This document shows positions 19,161 through 26,404 of a DNA stretch of 64,000 bases, in pieces. Source of the stretch: a virus; the IMG/VR virus record IMGVR_UViG_3300042868_010462, positions 64,001 through 128,000 of that record; one strand, written 5' to 3'. The notes under the pieces are model-generated. The model had not been told where the DNA came from and made no database searches. It saw only the letters and a program-made list of their open reading frames with translations. The translations under genes and the position numbers were made by a program. The first letter of the stretch is position 1. Each line of letters begins with the position of its first letter.

Positions 19161-19247
19161 TACACCCAGTAGGACTCGAACCTACAACGACCTTTCGGTA
19201 CCACTCCGCTTAGAAGGCGGGCATTCTTCCAATTGAATTATGGGTGC
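19161..19247 (-). tRNA. tRNA-Arg(TCT) with unusually long variable arm
   Basis: GCACCCA/TGGGTGT acceptor; CCGC-CTTCTAA-GCGG arm; extra GTGGTACCGAAAGGTC segment. Confidence 0.8.
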
Positions 19248-19350
19248 TAATCGATTGTCTTTCCAATCTGTCAGGTACTTCTATACCAATGAGACGAATT
19301 GTTTTTTTTTCAGTCGCATTACTTTCTGGAACTTCGTCAAAACCAAGTTG

Positions 19351-19431
19351 TAGTCAGTATAGGAATCGAACCCATATAATTTCATCTCAAGTCTAAGACT
19401 CGGAATTACTGTAACCACCCAGTGACTGACT
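19351..19431 (-). ncRNA. tRNA-like element 1 (AGTCAG acceptor family)
   Basis: AGTCAGT/ACTGACT-A acceptor and GGTTCGATTCC T-arm; no canonical D or anticodon arm. Confidence 0.6.
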
Positions 19432-19647
19432 TTCCCCCACCTTGAGATTACTGGTGAGTAGTTATTTCGGTTTTTATGCTATTCAAAAAACCTGTTGGGC
19501 ATCCCCACTGAAAAAAGTCACACATACGAAGGAGGGGGTGTGCTGCCGCCTTTAACCCTAAGAATCGGCATTCCGTTGTCCGATTTGAACGAGTTCATTG
19601 TTAAATGAGTCTTGAACCAAAGACTGCTGAGTATCTCTTACTCATTG
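19432..19647 (-). ncRNA. Candidate structured ncRNA (~215 nt)
   Basis: GC-enriched and non-coding, with several hairpins (GAGTA/TACTC, GTCTT/AAGAC, AATCGG/CCGATT, CACAC/GTGTG, GGTTTTT/AAAAACC, CACC/GGTG). Confidence 0.55.
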
Positions 19648-19754
19648 TAGTCAGGACAGGATTCGAACCTGTAAAATCTTTTATCTGGTTTAGGGTAGGT
19701 TCTATTCCTATCTCCTTCCAAAACATATAGCGTCTACCATTCCGCCACCTGACT
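19648..19754 (-). ncRNA. tRNA-like element 2 (AGTCAG acceptor family)
   Basis: AGTCAGG/CCTGACT-A acceptor, Leu-type D arm GCGGAATGGTAGACGC, ACAGGTTCGAATCCTGT T-arm, ~55-nt non-canonical insert. Confidence 0.7.
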
Positions 19755-19759
19755 AAATT

Positions 19760-20020
19760 TTAATTCAGTGCATCTATTTCCATACAATACAAACCGAACT
19801 CTTGTATTTCATCACCATATCTATACTTGTAAGTTCCCTCATAAATGTCGGGATAACTACTATCATAAGGAAAATAACCCAAGTATTCAACATCCTTATC
19901 TTCAAAGTAGGGTGGTAATCCCATATACTCATCCAAGAGTTGTTTGACCTTTTCAACTGTCGTTGCAGTTAGTACTGGGATTTTATCTTCCCTATCTACT
20001 ATAAGATATATTAGTGCCAT
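19760..20020 (-). CDS. Hypothetical protein
   Basis: 86-aa ORF between tRNA-like elements. Confidence 0.6.
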   Translation of the reverse strand: MALIYLIVDREDKIPVLTATTVEKVKQLLDEYMGLPPYFEDKDVEYLGYFPYDSSYPDIYEGTYKYRYGDEIQEFGLYCMEIDALN

Positions 20021-20391
20021 TGTTGTAAACTTTTATTTATATTAATTTTTGTCAATTTTTTTTTTCTTTTTTTTTTATTTTTTTCTTTTCCTTTTTTTTC
20101 TTTTATTTTTTTTTCTTTTGTTTTTACGACTTCCACCAAATCCATTTCTGGGTCAGATAATTCTTGATAACCAAACATTGAAAAGTCAGAAATATAAGAC
20201 CACCACTTTCCATCAAAAACATATCTTTCATGGTCTATTTTTGGTTTTTTATTGTCAATGCTTTTACCAAAATAAATTCCATCCCATCCATCTCTTTTCC
20301 CTTCTATTGGTGGATTACCCTTGATAATTTTTACTAATCTACCATCTCTACTCTTGTAAGTTTTACCTACTTCTAAAATTATATTTTCCAT
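20011..20391 (-). CDS. Hypothetical protein with Lys-rich tail (likely start MENIIL)
   Basis: LEVGKTYKSRDG N-terminus; the ORF-track extension runs through a tRNA-like element. Confidence 0.6.
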   Translation of the reverse strand: MENIILEVGKTYKSRDGRLVKIIKGNPPIEGKRDGWDGIYFGKSIDNKKPKIDHERYVFDGKWWSYISDFSMFGYQELSDPEMDLVEVVKTKEKKIKEKKGKEKNKKKRKKKLTKININKSLQQWH

Positions 20392-20423
20392 ATTTATAAT
20401 TTTTATTTTTTTAAATAAGTTAG

Positions 20424-20504
20424 TAGTCAGGACAGGATTCGAACTTGTGACGATAAACGCAGATGTGTACCTCATCTTGGCAGCTCCAATTCTGCCACCT
20501 GACT
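20424..20504 (-). ncRNA. tRNA-like element 3 (AGTCAG acceptor family)
   Basis: AGTCAGG/CCTGACT-A acceptor; GTTCGAAT T-loop; AGATG-AGGTACA-CATCT arm lacking U33. Confidence 0.7.
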
Positions 20505-20604
20505 TTGTTTGTTTAAACTTTTCGGTTTTCCTATTCAAAACCTTAACGTCAGGCAACAATCTAAGTGTCAGCCACTACTTGTGAATTATTAGGTGTCACA
20601 ACCA

Positions 20605-20835
20605 TTAGAAATATTTTCTTGTAAGATATTCATCAGTTCCTAAACTTGGTGCGTTGTTATTTTCATCTAAATGAAGAAACATAAATCCTTTGTAAGCGTT
20701 GGCTTCTAATAGAATCTTTTCAATCATTGTGATGATTCCAAGTTTTTCTTCCATCATAATGTTTGGATGGGCTAATTGTTCGTTAGCGAAGTTTTTAATC
20801 ATCTCAACTTGGATTGTTTTTTTCTCTTTAGCCAT
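20605..20835 (-). CDS. Hypothetical protein
   Basis: ORF with TAnnTTTG at 20858-20865. Confidence 0.65.
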   Translation of the reverse strand: MAKEKKTIQVEMIKNFANEQLAHPNIMMEEKLGIITMIEKILLEANAYKGFMFLHLDENNNAPSLGTDEYLTRKYF

Positions 20836-20920
20836 TGTGTTATTGTTTAAGTGTTCACAAATATAGAAATAGATTTTTAATTACACAACCTTTGATGAAT
20901 AATTTTGAGAAAAATATTTG

Positions 20921-20991
20921 AGCGGATAGTTGGTACTGCCCCAACTTATCTAGTTTGGAAGACTAGAACATTACTTTTATGCTATGCCCGC
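20921..20991 (-). tRNA. tRNA-Gly(TCC), non-canonical D and T loops
   Basis: GCGGGCA/TATCCGC-T acceptor; CTAGT-CTTCCAA-ACTAG; T-loop GGCAGTA. Confidence 0.8.
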
Positions 20992-20995
20992 TAAT

Positions 20996-21226
20996 TTACC
21001 TGAGATTCCAAATACCACCAGCAAAACACTTGAAGTCATTGTAACTTGTAACTCTTATAGGATTTTCTTCATATTTCCACCTATTACAAGTTATATAGAT
21101 TTCTCCTGTCCATTTATCCTTCTTGAGAAAGGTATAAATACCATTACGAGATTTGATATGGATTTTATCCCCATTTTTGAGGTTCTTAAACTGAGACAAT
21201 CTTATTTGTTCCATAAGTGATTCCAT
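20996..21226 (-). CDS. Hypothetical protein
   Basis: ORF between tRNAs. Confidence 0.6.
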   Translation of the reverse strand: MESLMEQIRLSQFKNLKNGDKIHIKSRNGIYTFLKKDKWTGEIYITCNRWKYEENPIRVTSYNDFKCFAGGIWNLR

Positions 21227-21243
21227 AGTATTTGAATAAAAAG

Positions 21244-21318
21244 TGGAGCCGGTATGAGGAATCGAACCCCATTATCTTGATTACAAGTCAAGCACATCAC
21301 CACTTATGCTTTACCGGC
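21244..21318 (-). tRNA. tRNA-Thr(TGT)
   Basis: GCCGGTA/TACCGGC-T-CCA; CTTGA-CTTGTAA-TCAAG. Confidence 0.92.
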
Positions 21319-21325
21319 ATTTATA

Positions 21326-21598
21326 TTATCTTCTTTTATAAACATAAGTTATTGTATCACCAATCTTATAAACATCATTTCTCTTGGTTATAACAAACTC
21401 GTCACAATCAGTTGAATAATGATATCTTTTCCCATATTCAATGGTGGATGGTGATTCTGTAACATAAAATGTATCTATTACACATCTTTTAACAATATCC
21501 CCATCTTCAATTTCATTATAGTTTGTTCTATTTAGAATTGAAGCTAATAAAACAAATGAAACAAAAAATAAAAACAAACAAGGAATTAAATATTTCAT
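21326..21598 (-). CDS. Hypothetical membrane-anchored protein
   Basis: N-terminal hydrophobic helix. Confidence 0.55.
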   Translation of the reverse strand: MKYLIPCLFLFFVSFVLLASILNRTNYNEIEDGDIVKRCVIDTFYVTESPSTIEYGKRYHYSTDCDEFVITKRNDVYKIGDTITYVYKRR

Positions 21599-21600
21599 CT

Positions 21601-21849
21601 TTAAACTTTTAACAAATAAATTAATAATGAACCCAAAGTATAACCAATACTGGAAGCCAAGGCCATCTTGATTCTTTCATTCCAATTCTTTGATTCAACC
21701 ATATAACCAACAAATGGTAATCCCAAAAATGGCCCGATACAAGCCCAAAAAATCATCATAAAATCTCTATCAGCAACCGTTGCAATATACATAGTTGCGG
21801 CCAACTCAATAACAAATGATGCGATACCAATTATAATATATTTTTTCAT
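21601..21849 (-). CDS. Small three-TM membrane protein
   Basis: Hydrophobic segments. Confidence 0.6.
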   Translation of the reverse strand: MKKYIIIGIASFVIELAATMYIATVADRDFMMIFWACIGPFLGLPFVGYMVESKNWNERIKMALASSIGYTLGSLLIYLLKV

Positions 21850-22442
21850 AAATGTTTAATTACCCAATCCGCAAACTTCTTTTGTCCTGATAAACTTACA
21901 TGAACCCCATCACCAGCATCTTTGAATGTTACAGATGTATCCTTTGGAATTATAAGACAATTTTTCAAACCTGTCTTTGGGTCAACCATCAATTTTTGAA
22001 ATTCAACATACCTTGCTCTACATCTATCAGTGGTCTCAGTACCATATACAGTTCTAACCATAACTTTGATGGGGTCATATCCAACAATAACAATCGGTTT
22101 AATCCCCCTCCTATTACAAGAATCAACCATCATCTGTATATTATTAACGGCACCCTGTAAGTTCACATAAGAAAAAGCATCATTACAACCCCCATAAATA
22201 AACACACTGGTAAACATTGAATCTCTCTTCAAATGGTCGTTAAGTGTTAATCTCATCCAATCCGTTCTCTTTCCACCACTTGATTTATTTAAACTCTGAT
22301 AACCGAATTCCTTGGCTACCATATCTTGCCAACCACCAGTATAACAAGTCAAACTATCACCGATGAATAATACCCTCAAAGGTGGGGTTGAAAAGGAAGT
22401 TAATAAAATAACACATAACAATAATAAACTAATTTTCTTCAT
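21846..22442 (-). CDS. Exported SGNH/GDSL hydrolase
   Basis: FIGDSLT, GGCND and DGVH motifs; signal peptide. Confidence 0.85.
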   Translation of the reverse strand: MKKISLLLLCVILLTSFSTPPLRVLFIGDSLTCYTGGWQDMVAKEFGYQSLNKSSGGKRTDWMRLTLNDHLKRDSMFTSVFIYGGCNDAFSYVNLQGAVNNIQMMVDSCNRRGIKPIVIVGYDPIKVMVRTVYGTETTDRCRARYVEFQKLMVDPKTGLKNCLIIPKDTSVTFKDAGDGVHVSLSGQKKFADWVIKHL

Positions 22443-22455
22443 AAAACAATTTTTT

Positions 22456-22533
22456 TGGTGGAGACAGTGAGAATCAAACTCACCTCACAGATATTGCAAA
22501 TATCCATCGCCAAGTCTTGGTACATGTGCCCCC
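22456..22533 (-). tRNA. tRNA-Ala(TGC), atypical D arm
   Basis: GGGGGCA/TGTCTCC-A-CCA with G3:U70; GGATA-TTTGCAA-TATCT. Confidence 0.82.
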
Positions 22534-22541
22534 ATTTTTAT

Positions 22542-23063
22542 TTATAACCCAATTTCCTCCAAAGGTAAAACCTCAAAGAAATATTTACAACCAACATCTG
22601 TTATATATTCAAAAACATCCTTATAACAATCTTTATTGAAAAAATTACTTAAGACATAATAGTACTCAACTTGGATACCGATTGGACTAAACAATTTTTT
22701 ATATTGTCTTTTTTTGAAATTACAAGTTTGTAATTTCTCATCAACAGAACCGGCACCATTTTGGTATTTCTTTTCAATTATGTAGATGGTATTCCCCACT
22801 AATATTGCAGCATCAGGTAAAAGTTTTTTACTGATAATCGTATTGTGGTCAATATTATATCTACTTAACAATTTTTTGTACAGACCATATTTCTCAAAAT
22901 ATTCACCGACAATTATACCATTTTTTACAATTTGGTCTTGATTATCCATCACATAATCACTTTGTTCCACTAACAATTTTTTTAGGTGTGTTGTAGCTTC
23001 AAAATGTAATCCGTTAACATTTGTGTTTGCACCCCCACCACTTTTGTTTGGCGTTCTATTCAT
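22542..23063 (-). CDS. PD-(D/E)XK nuclease-like protein
   Basis: LLPD...IIEKKYQ...GSVDEKLQT. Confidence 0.7.
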   Translation of the reverse strand: MNRTPNKSGGGANTNVNGLHFEATTHLKKLLVEQSDYVMDNQDQIVKNGIIVGEYFEKYGLYKKLLSRYNIDHNTIISKKLLPDAAILVGNTIYIIEKKYQNGAGSVDEKLQTCNFKKRQYKKLFSPIGIQVEYYYVLSNFFNKDCYKDVFEYITDVGCKYFFEVLPLEEIGL

Positions 23064-23079
23064 AGTTTTTCTTTTTTTG

Positions 23080-23164
23080 TGGTGGGAATGGAGGGATTCG
23101 AACCCCCTCAGCTAATACAAATGATTTACAGTCATCCCCGACTCTCCAGCTTCGGCGCACTCCC
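23080..23164 (-). tRNA. tRNA-Tyr(GTA)
   Basis: GATGA-CTGTAAA-TCATT; GGTTCGAATCC; encoded CCA. Confidence 0.9.
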
Positions 23165-23175
23165 ATTATAAATTG

Positions 23176-23250
23176 ATGCAGGAACGGGAGTCGAACCCGT
23201 ATGGTACGGCTTATGAGACCGAGCTGGAACCACTTCCAGTCCATCCTGCA
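23176..23250 (-). tRNA. tRNA-Met(CAT), atypical D arm
   Basis: TGCAGGA/TCCTGCA acceptor; CGGT-CTCATAA-GCCG. Confidence 0.8.
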
Positions 23251-23259
23251 TTGTGTTTG

Positions 23260-23331
23260 ACGCAAAGAAAGGAATCGAACCTTTTACCTTTGGGTTATGA
23301 GCCCAATGTGCAACCACTACACTTCTTTGCA
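23260..23331 (-). tRNA. tRNA-fMet(CAT)
   Basis: Three G:C pairs in the anticodon stem (TTGGG-CTCATAA-CCCAA); weak 1:72 pair. Confidence 0.85.
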
Positions 23332-23339
23332 TATATTTG

Positions 23340-23411
23340 TAGCCCGTAGGGGAGTCGAACCCCTCTTGCAAGAATGAAAATCTTGAGTCCTAGCCGATAG
23401 ACGAACGGGCC
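23340..23411 (-). tRNA. tRNA-Glu(TTC)
   Basis: GGCCCGT/ACGGGCT; CAAGA-TTTTCAT-TCTTG. Confidence 0.92.
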
Positions 23412-23422
23412 ATATTTGTTTG

Positions 23423-23496
23423 CGAGCTATAGGGGATTCGAACCCCTGGTCTTCAGCGTGACAAGCTGAAATGTTAAACCCCTACACCAATAGCTC
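23423..23496 (-). tRNA. tRNA-Asp(GTC)
   Basis: GAGCTAT/ATAGCTC-G; TCAGC-TTGTCAC-GCTGA. Confidence 0.92.
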
Positions 23497-23518
23497 TTTT
23501 GTATTAATTCTTCCCTCT

Positions 23519-23542
23519 ATGTCAATGAACTTTACAAAGTTA
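23519..23542 (-). promoter_or_regulatory. TAnnTTTG promoter plus boxA-like GTTCATTGACAT ahead of tRNA-Asp
   Basis: TAACTTTG at 23535-23542; GTTCATTGACAT at 23519-23530, identical to 29354-29365. Confidence 0.65.
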
Positions 23543-23549
23543 AACAATC

Positions 23550-24029
23550 TTATCCAATTTTCCAAGCACCATAGATAACTTTTTTTCTCTGTAGTGCATC
23601 TTCTGTGTTTCCAATTACAACTCCATCTTTGATTGTGAAAGCATGACCCTTGATTGTAACAATGTAAGTTCCTTTTGAATACTTTTCCAAGAACTTAGCT
23701 GTTGTCATATTTCTCAAAACATTTCTTCCTTTCACCTCAACCCAATATGCCATTTGAATATCTTCTCTAATTGGTGTAACACCTTTACGATTGAACTTTA
23801 TCTGTTTTGACGCAAGTGTATTCATAGTTAAACCAAAGAGTGCAGTCCCTTGTCTATTTTTTCTACCAAAAACCTCTGCCACTTTTTTGTGAGCATAGTC
23901 GTAAGTAACTCCAAACGCTGAAGCAAAGGCTCTGACGACACAATCGTCTTTCTCACTTTGAGCTAACTTCGATTCTGCAATCCCTTTGATGGCGACTGAT
24001 GATGATATGTATGGTGTTTTCGTTTTCAT
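23550..24029 (-). CDS. Hypothetical phage protein (DCVVRA...H motif)
   Basis: 159-aa ORF; TAnnTTTG at 24034-24041. Confidence 0.7.
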   Translation of the reverse strand: MKTKTPYISSSVAIKGIAESKLAQSEKDDCVVRAFASAFGVTYDYAHKKVAEVFGRKNRQGTALFGLTMNTLASKQIKFNRKGVTPIREDIQMAYWVEVKGRNVLRNMTTAKFLEKYSKGTYIVTIKGHAFTIKDGVVIGNTEDALQRKKVIYGAWKIG

Positions 24030-24073
24030 ATTACAAAGTTACAAAACCATTTTTAATTTCCAAACTTTGTGAT

Positions 24074-24109
24074 AAAAAAAAATCCATCTTTTTTTACGAA
24101 GATGGATTT
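24074..24109 (-). terminator. Attenuator-type intrinsic terminator after leader A
   Basis: AAATCCATCTT-loop-AAGATGGATTT-T-run; the 5' arm is complementary to GGAGATGG in the leader. Confidence 0.8.
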
Positions 24110-24136
24110 GACATTATTAACACTCAAAACTTAAGT

Positions 24137-24208
24137 TCATACCATCTCCATCCGAGGATTTCTACCCTCAGCTCCAGTCGTTAAGTCCATATAGAGATTG
24201 CGTTTCAT
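24137..24208 (-). CDS. Leader peptide A, MKRNLYMDLTTGAEGRNPRMEMV
   Basis: 23-aa ORF 27 nt upstream of the terminator; composition matches the downstream tRNA array. Confidence 0.75.
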   Translation of the reverse strand: MKRNLYMDLTTGAEGRNPRMEMV

Positions 24209-24267
24209 TGAATTTCTTACTATTTTTTTATTAAATATAATGATATAACGGAAAAGTGTCAAGTATG

Positions 24268-24579
24268 TTACAAAAAAGATGAAATAATTTGTGCTACTTT
24301 ATATCCTGTGAAGGCTCCCAATGCCGCAGAACCTGGTAAAACAAAGAACTTACCGAATAAACTTTCATATTTTGACCTATTAACGATGTATGAAATTAGG
24401 ATATAATAAAGAAAGAAGTTAATCAGTACAGCAATATCGATTTCCTTGGCCATAAAGACAACAATCGAGTTTCCAAAGAACCCCCAACTGAAGTTTATTA
24501 ATGTCTCCCTGATTAATTCCCAAACTGATGTATTGGCATCAGCAACCTTAATTTCCCTTGTAAATAAATTATTTTTCAT
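24268..24579 (-). CDS. Membrane protein
   Basis: Three hydrophobic segments. Confidence 0.65.
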   Translation of the reverse strand: MKNNLFTREIKVADANTSVWELIRETLINFSWGFFGNSIVVFMAKEIDIAVLINFFLYYILISYIVNRSKYESLFGKFFVLPGSAALGAFTGYKVAQIISSFL

Positions 24580-25085
24580 CCTATAAAATCGTCAAATCCG
24601 TTGTTACTTAAAAAATCGTTATCTTCATCTATTTCTCTTATCTCGAACTCAAAACTTGATACATTACAAACTACATCTTTAGTGAATGTTTCGTGTATAT
24701 AATCAAAGTCATCTGGAGATATTTGAACTTGTTCATCTTTAAATAATTTGAAAAGTTCCTTTGTATTTCTGTAAAGATTTGGGTATTGATAAGTTTTCAA
24801 AATACCATCCATTTCGAATACTTCAAATCTTTTGTAAAAATTATCGTTGTACATTAGAATATGTTCCTGAGCCCACTCATTAACAACTTGAAGAATGAAT
24901 GTCTTTAAACCCTGCATACAAGCTACCCTATAGTCCTCATATTGTTGTTCAACAGTTAAACTACCAATCTCAACATCATCAACCTCTTCTTCATATTTGG
25001 CAATTGTATCCAAGGCCAACATCTGTAATTCATCCCAATTTGTTTGATGTATTTTATAAAAGTTTACAACTACCATTTCTTTCAT
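24576..25085 (-). CDS. Hypothetical protein
   Basis: 169-aa ORF. Confidence 0.65.
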   Translation of the reverse strand: MKEMVVVNFYKIHQTNWDELQMLALDTIAKYEEEVDDVEIGSLTVEQQYEDYRVACMQGLKTFILQVVNEWAQEHILMYNDNFYKRFEVFEMDGILKTYQYPNLYRNTKELFKLFKDEQVQISPDDFDYIHETFTKDVVCNVSSFEFEIREIDEDNDFLSNNGFDDFIG

Positions 25086-25105
25086 TATTAAAGTGTTATT
25101 TAATT

Positions 25106-25747
25106 TTATTCCTTCGAATCTGTATCGTAAAACATTAAGTCAGAGTCTTCGGTTGCCCATTTATTATGTCCTTCACAATTATAATAATCTAAATTAACTA
25201 GATAATCAGGTTTCTCAGGAAAATCTTTTGTGACAAAAGAAGGTTCATTCCATCTTATTCTATTGTTGGGTTGTAAGGCAATTTGTCCATTATCTAATAA
25301 GATGATGTGATGACACTTGTGTTCCATAGGGTCTTCTGACAATGTTAAATCAGTATTCATATCACTTGAACCCCAGTTAATTGTGCCAAAATAATTTCCA
25401 TCATACCATTTCTTATCTTTCATAAAAACTGAAACCCGCATCCCATATACAAAACTAAGTTGAATGAGGGAAAAGTTATATGAAAAACAATTCCATAATT
25501 GCAGAAAATGAAAAGACAAATCAGGATTTGGTGTCTCAGGTTTTGTCAATAGTGCATGAGATGGTAATTTGTCTCTCATTACACCATTGTTCAATAAAAC
25601 CTGAAACAAAACCGCCTGGTTTGGCATACACCGAATCGAAGTAACAATTCCTTCTGTAAACTCACCAAATCCTTTTTGGTGCTGATACATATATTCATTT
25701 CGAACATAAACTTTAAGTGGGAAAAAATTACTTTCGATATAAGCCAT
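25106..25747 (-). CDS. Hypothetical phage protein
   Basis: 213-aa ORF (VYVRNEY, LQLWNCFS, HKCHH, QPNNRIRW). Confidence 0.7.
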   Translation of the reverse strand: MAYIESNFFPLKVYVRNEYMYQHQKGFGEFTEGIVTSIRCMPNQAVLFQVLLNNGVMRDKLPSHALLTKPETPNPDLSFHFLQLWNCFSYNFSLIQLSFVYGMRVSVFMKDKKWYDGNYFGTINWGSSDMNTDLTLSEDPMEHKCHHIILLDNGQIALQPNNRIRWNEPSFVTKDFPEKPDYLVNLDYYNCEGHNKWATEDSDLMFYDTDSKE

Positions 25748-25749
25748 AA

Positions 25750-26070
25750 TTAACTTGTTGGTATGTCATTTGAGCCATACTCTCTTATTAAATAGTCGGT
25801 AAAATCTTCTACACTTTCAACATTGAACTCAACTTCTTCGTGCCAGATTTTTTTATCAACATCATCATATAACCACCAGCCAACTAAGTCCTGAATCCAT
25901 CCGAATTGTTCGTCTTGTTTTTTTCTGAGGAGGGTCGGAATACTTTTTTCAAGTTGAGGAGTGGTGTTGTTAAGCTCAAGTAAATCAACTCCCAAACCAT
26001 AGAGCCTATGTATCTTTTCATCGTATTCTTTAATTTTTAACAAAGTTTCGATTATGTATTCTCGTACCAT
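25750..26070 (-). CDS. Hypothetical protein
   Basis: 106-aa ORF. Confidence 0.65.
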   Translation of the reverse strand: MVREYIIETLLKIKEYDEKIHRLYGLGVDLLELNNTTPQLEKSIPTLLRKKQDEQFGWIQDLVGWWLYDDVDKKIWHEEVEFNVESVEDFTDYLIREYGSNDIPTS

Positions 26071-26078
26071 TATAAGTA

Positions 26079-26267
26079 TTATTTAAGTTGTTTGAAATAT
26101 TTTGGAATTATTATCATACTACTGATGTAAAATGCAATAAACATTACACCATAAACTAATCCCTCGTTGAAATAGATACCCAAAACATATTTACTAATCA
26201 ATAGCTGGGGTATCATAATCAAAAAGAAAACTAAAAAAGAAAAGAACACAGTTACAAATGTTTTCAT
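26079..26267 (-). CDS. Small two-TM protein
   Basis: Hydrophobic 62-aa ORF. Confidence 0.55.
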   Translation of the reverse strand: MKTFVTVFFSFLVFFLIMIPQLLISKYVLGIYFNEGLVYGVMFIAFYISSMIIIPKYFKQLK

Positions 26268-26296
26268 CTCATTTTATTTTGTGGTTAAATAATTTG

Positions 26297-26369
26297 CAGG
26301 TCCCCAAGGATTCGAACCCTGACCGGATAGGTTGGAGCTATCAATGCTAAGCCATTACACTAGAGACCC
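26297..26369 (-). tRNA. tRNA-Trp(CCA)
   Basis: GATAG-CTCCAAC-CTATC; GGTTCGAATCC. Confidence 0.9.
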
Positions 26370-26404
26370 ATATATTTGCTTACTATTACAAAGATAAGAA
26401 AAAA

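Noticed and set aside
19161-19247. Possible amber suppressor (CTA) reading of the loop TTCTAAG
   Set aside because: The stem pairs only with the loop CTTCTAA (anticodon TCT), and long genes read normally in the standard code, so there is no sign of recoding.
20510-20560. Possible hammerhead ribozyme (CTGACG...stem...GAAA)
   Set aside because: The core deviates from CUGANGA, flanking stems I and III were not found, and the sister element lacks CTGA.
23056-23371. ORF-track entries 23056..23265 and 23132..23371
   Set aside because: They are translations across tRNA genes.
23999-24184. 61-aa plus-strand ORF over the attenuator region
   Set aside because: It is antisense to leader A and the downstream gene, with no coding signature.
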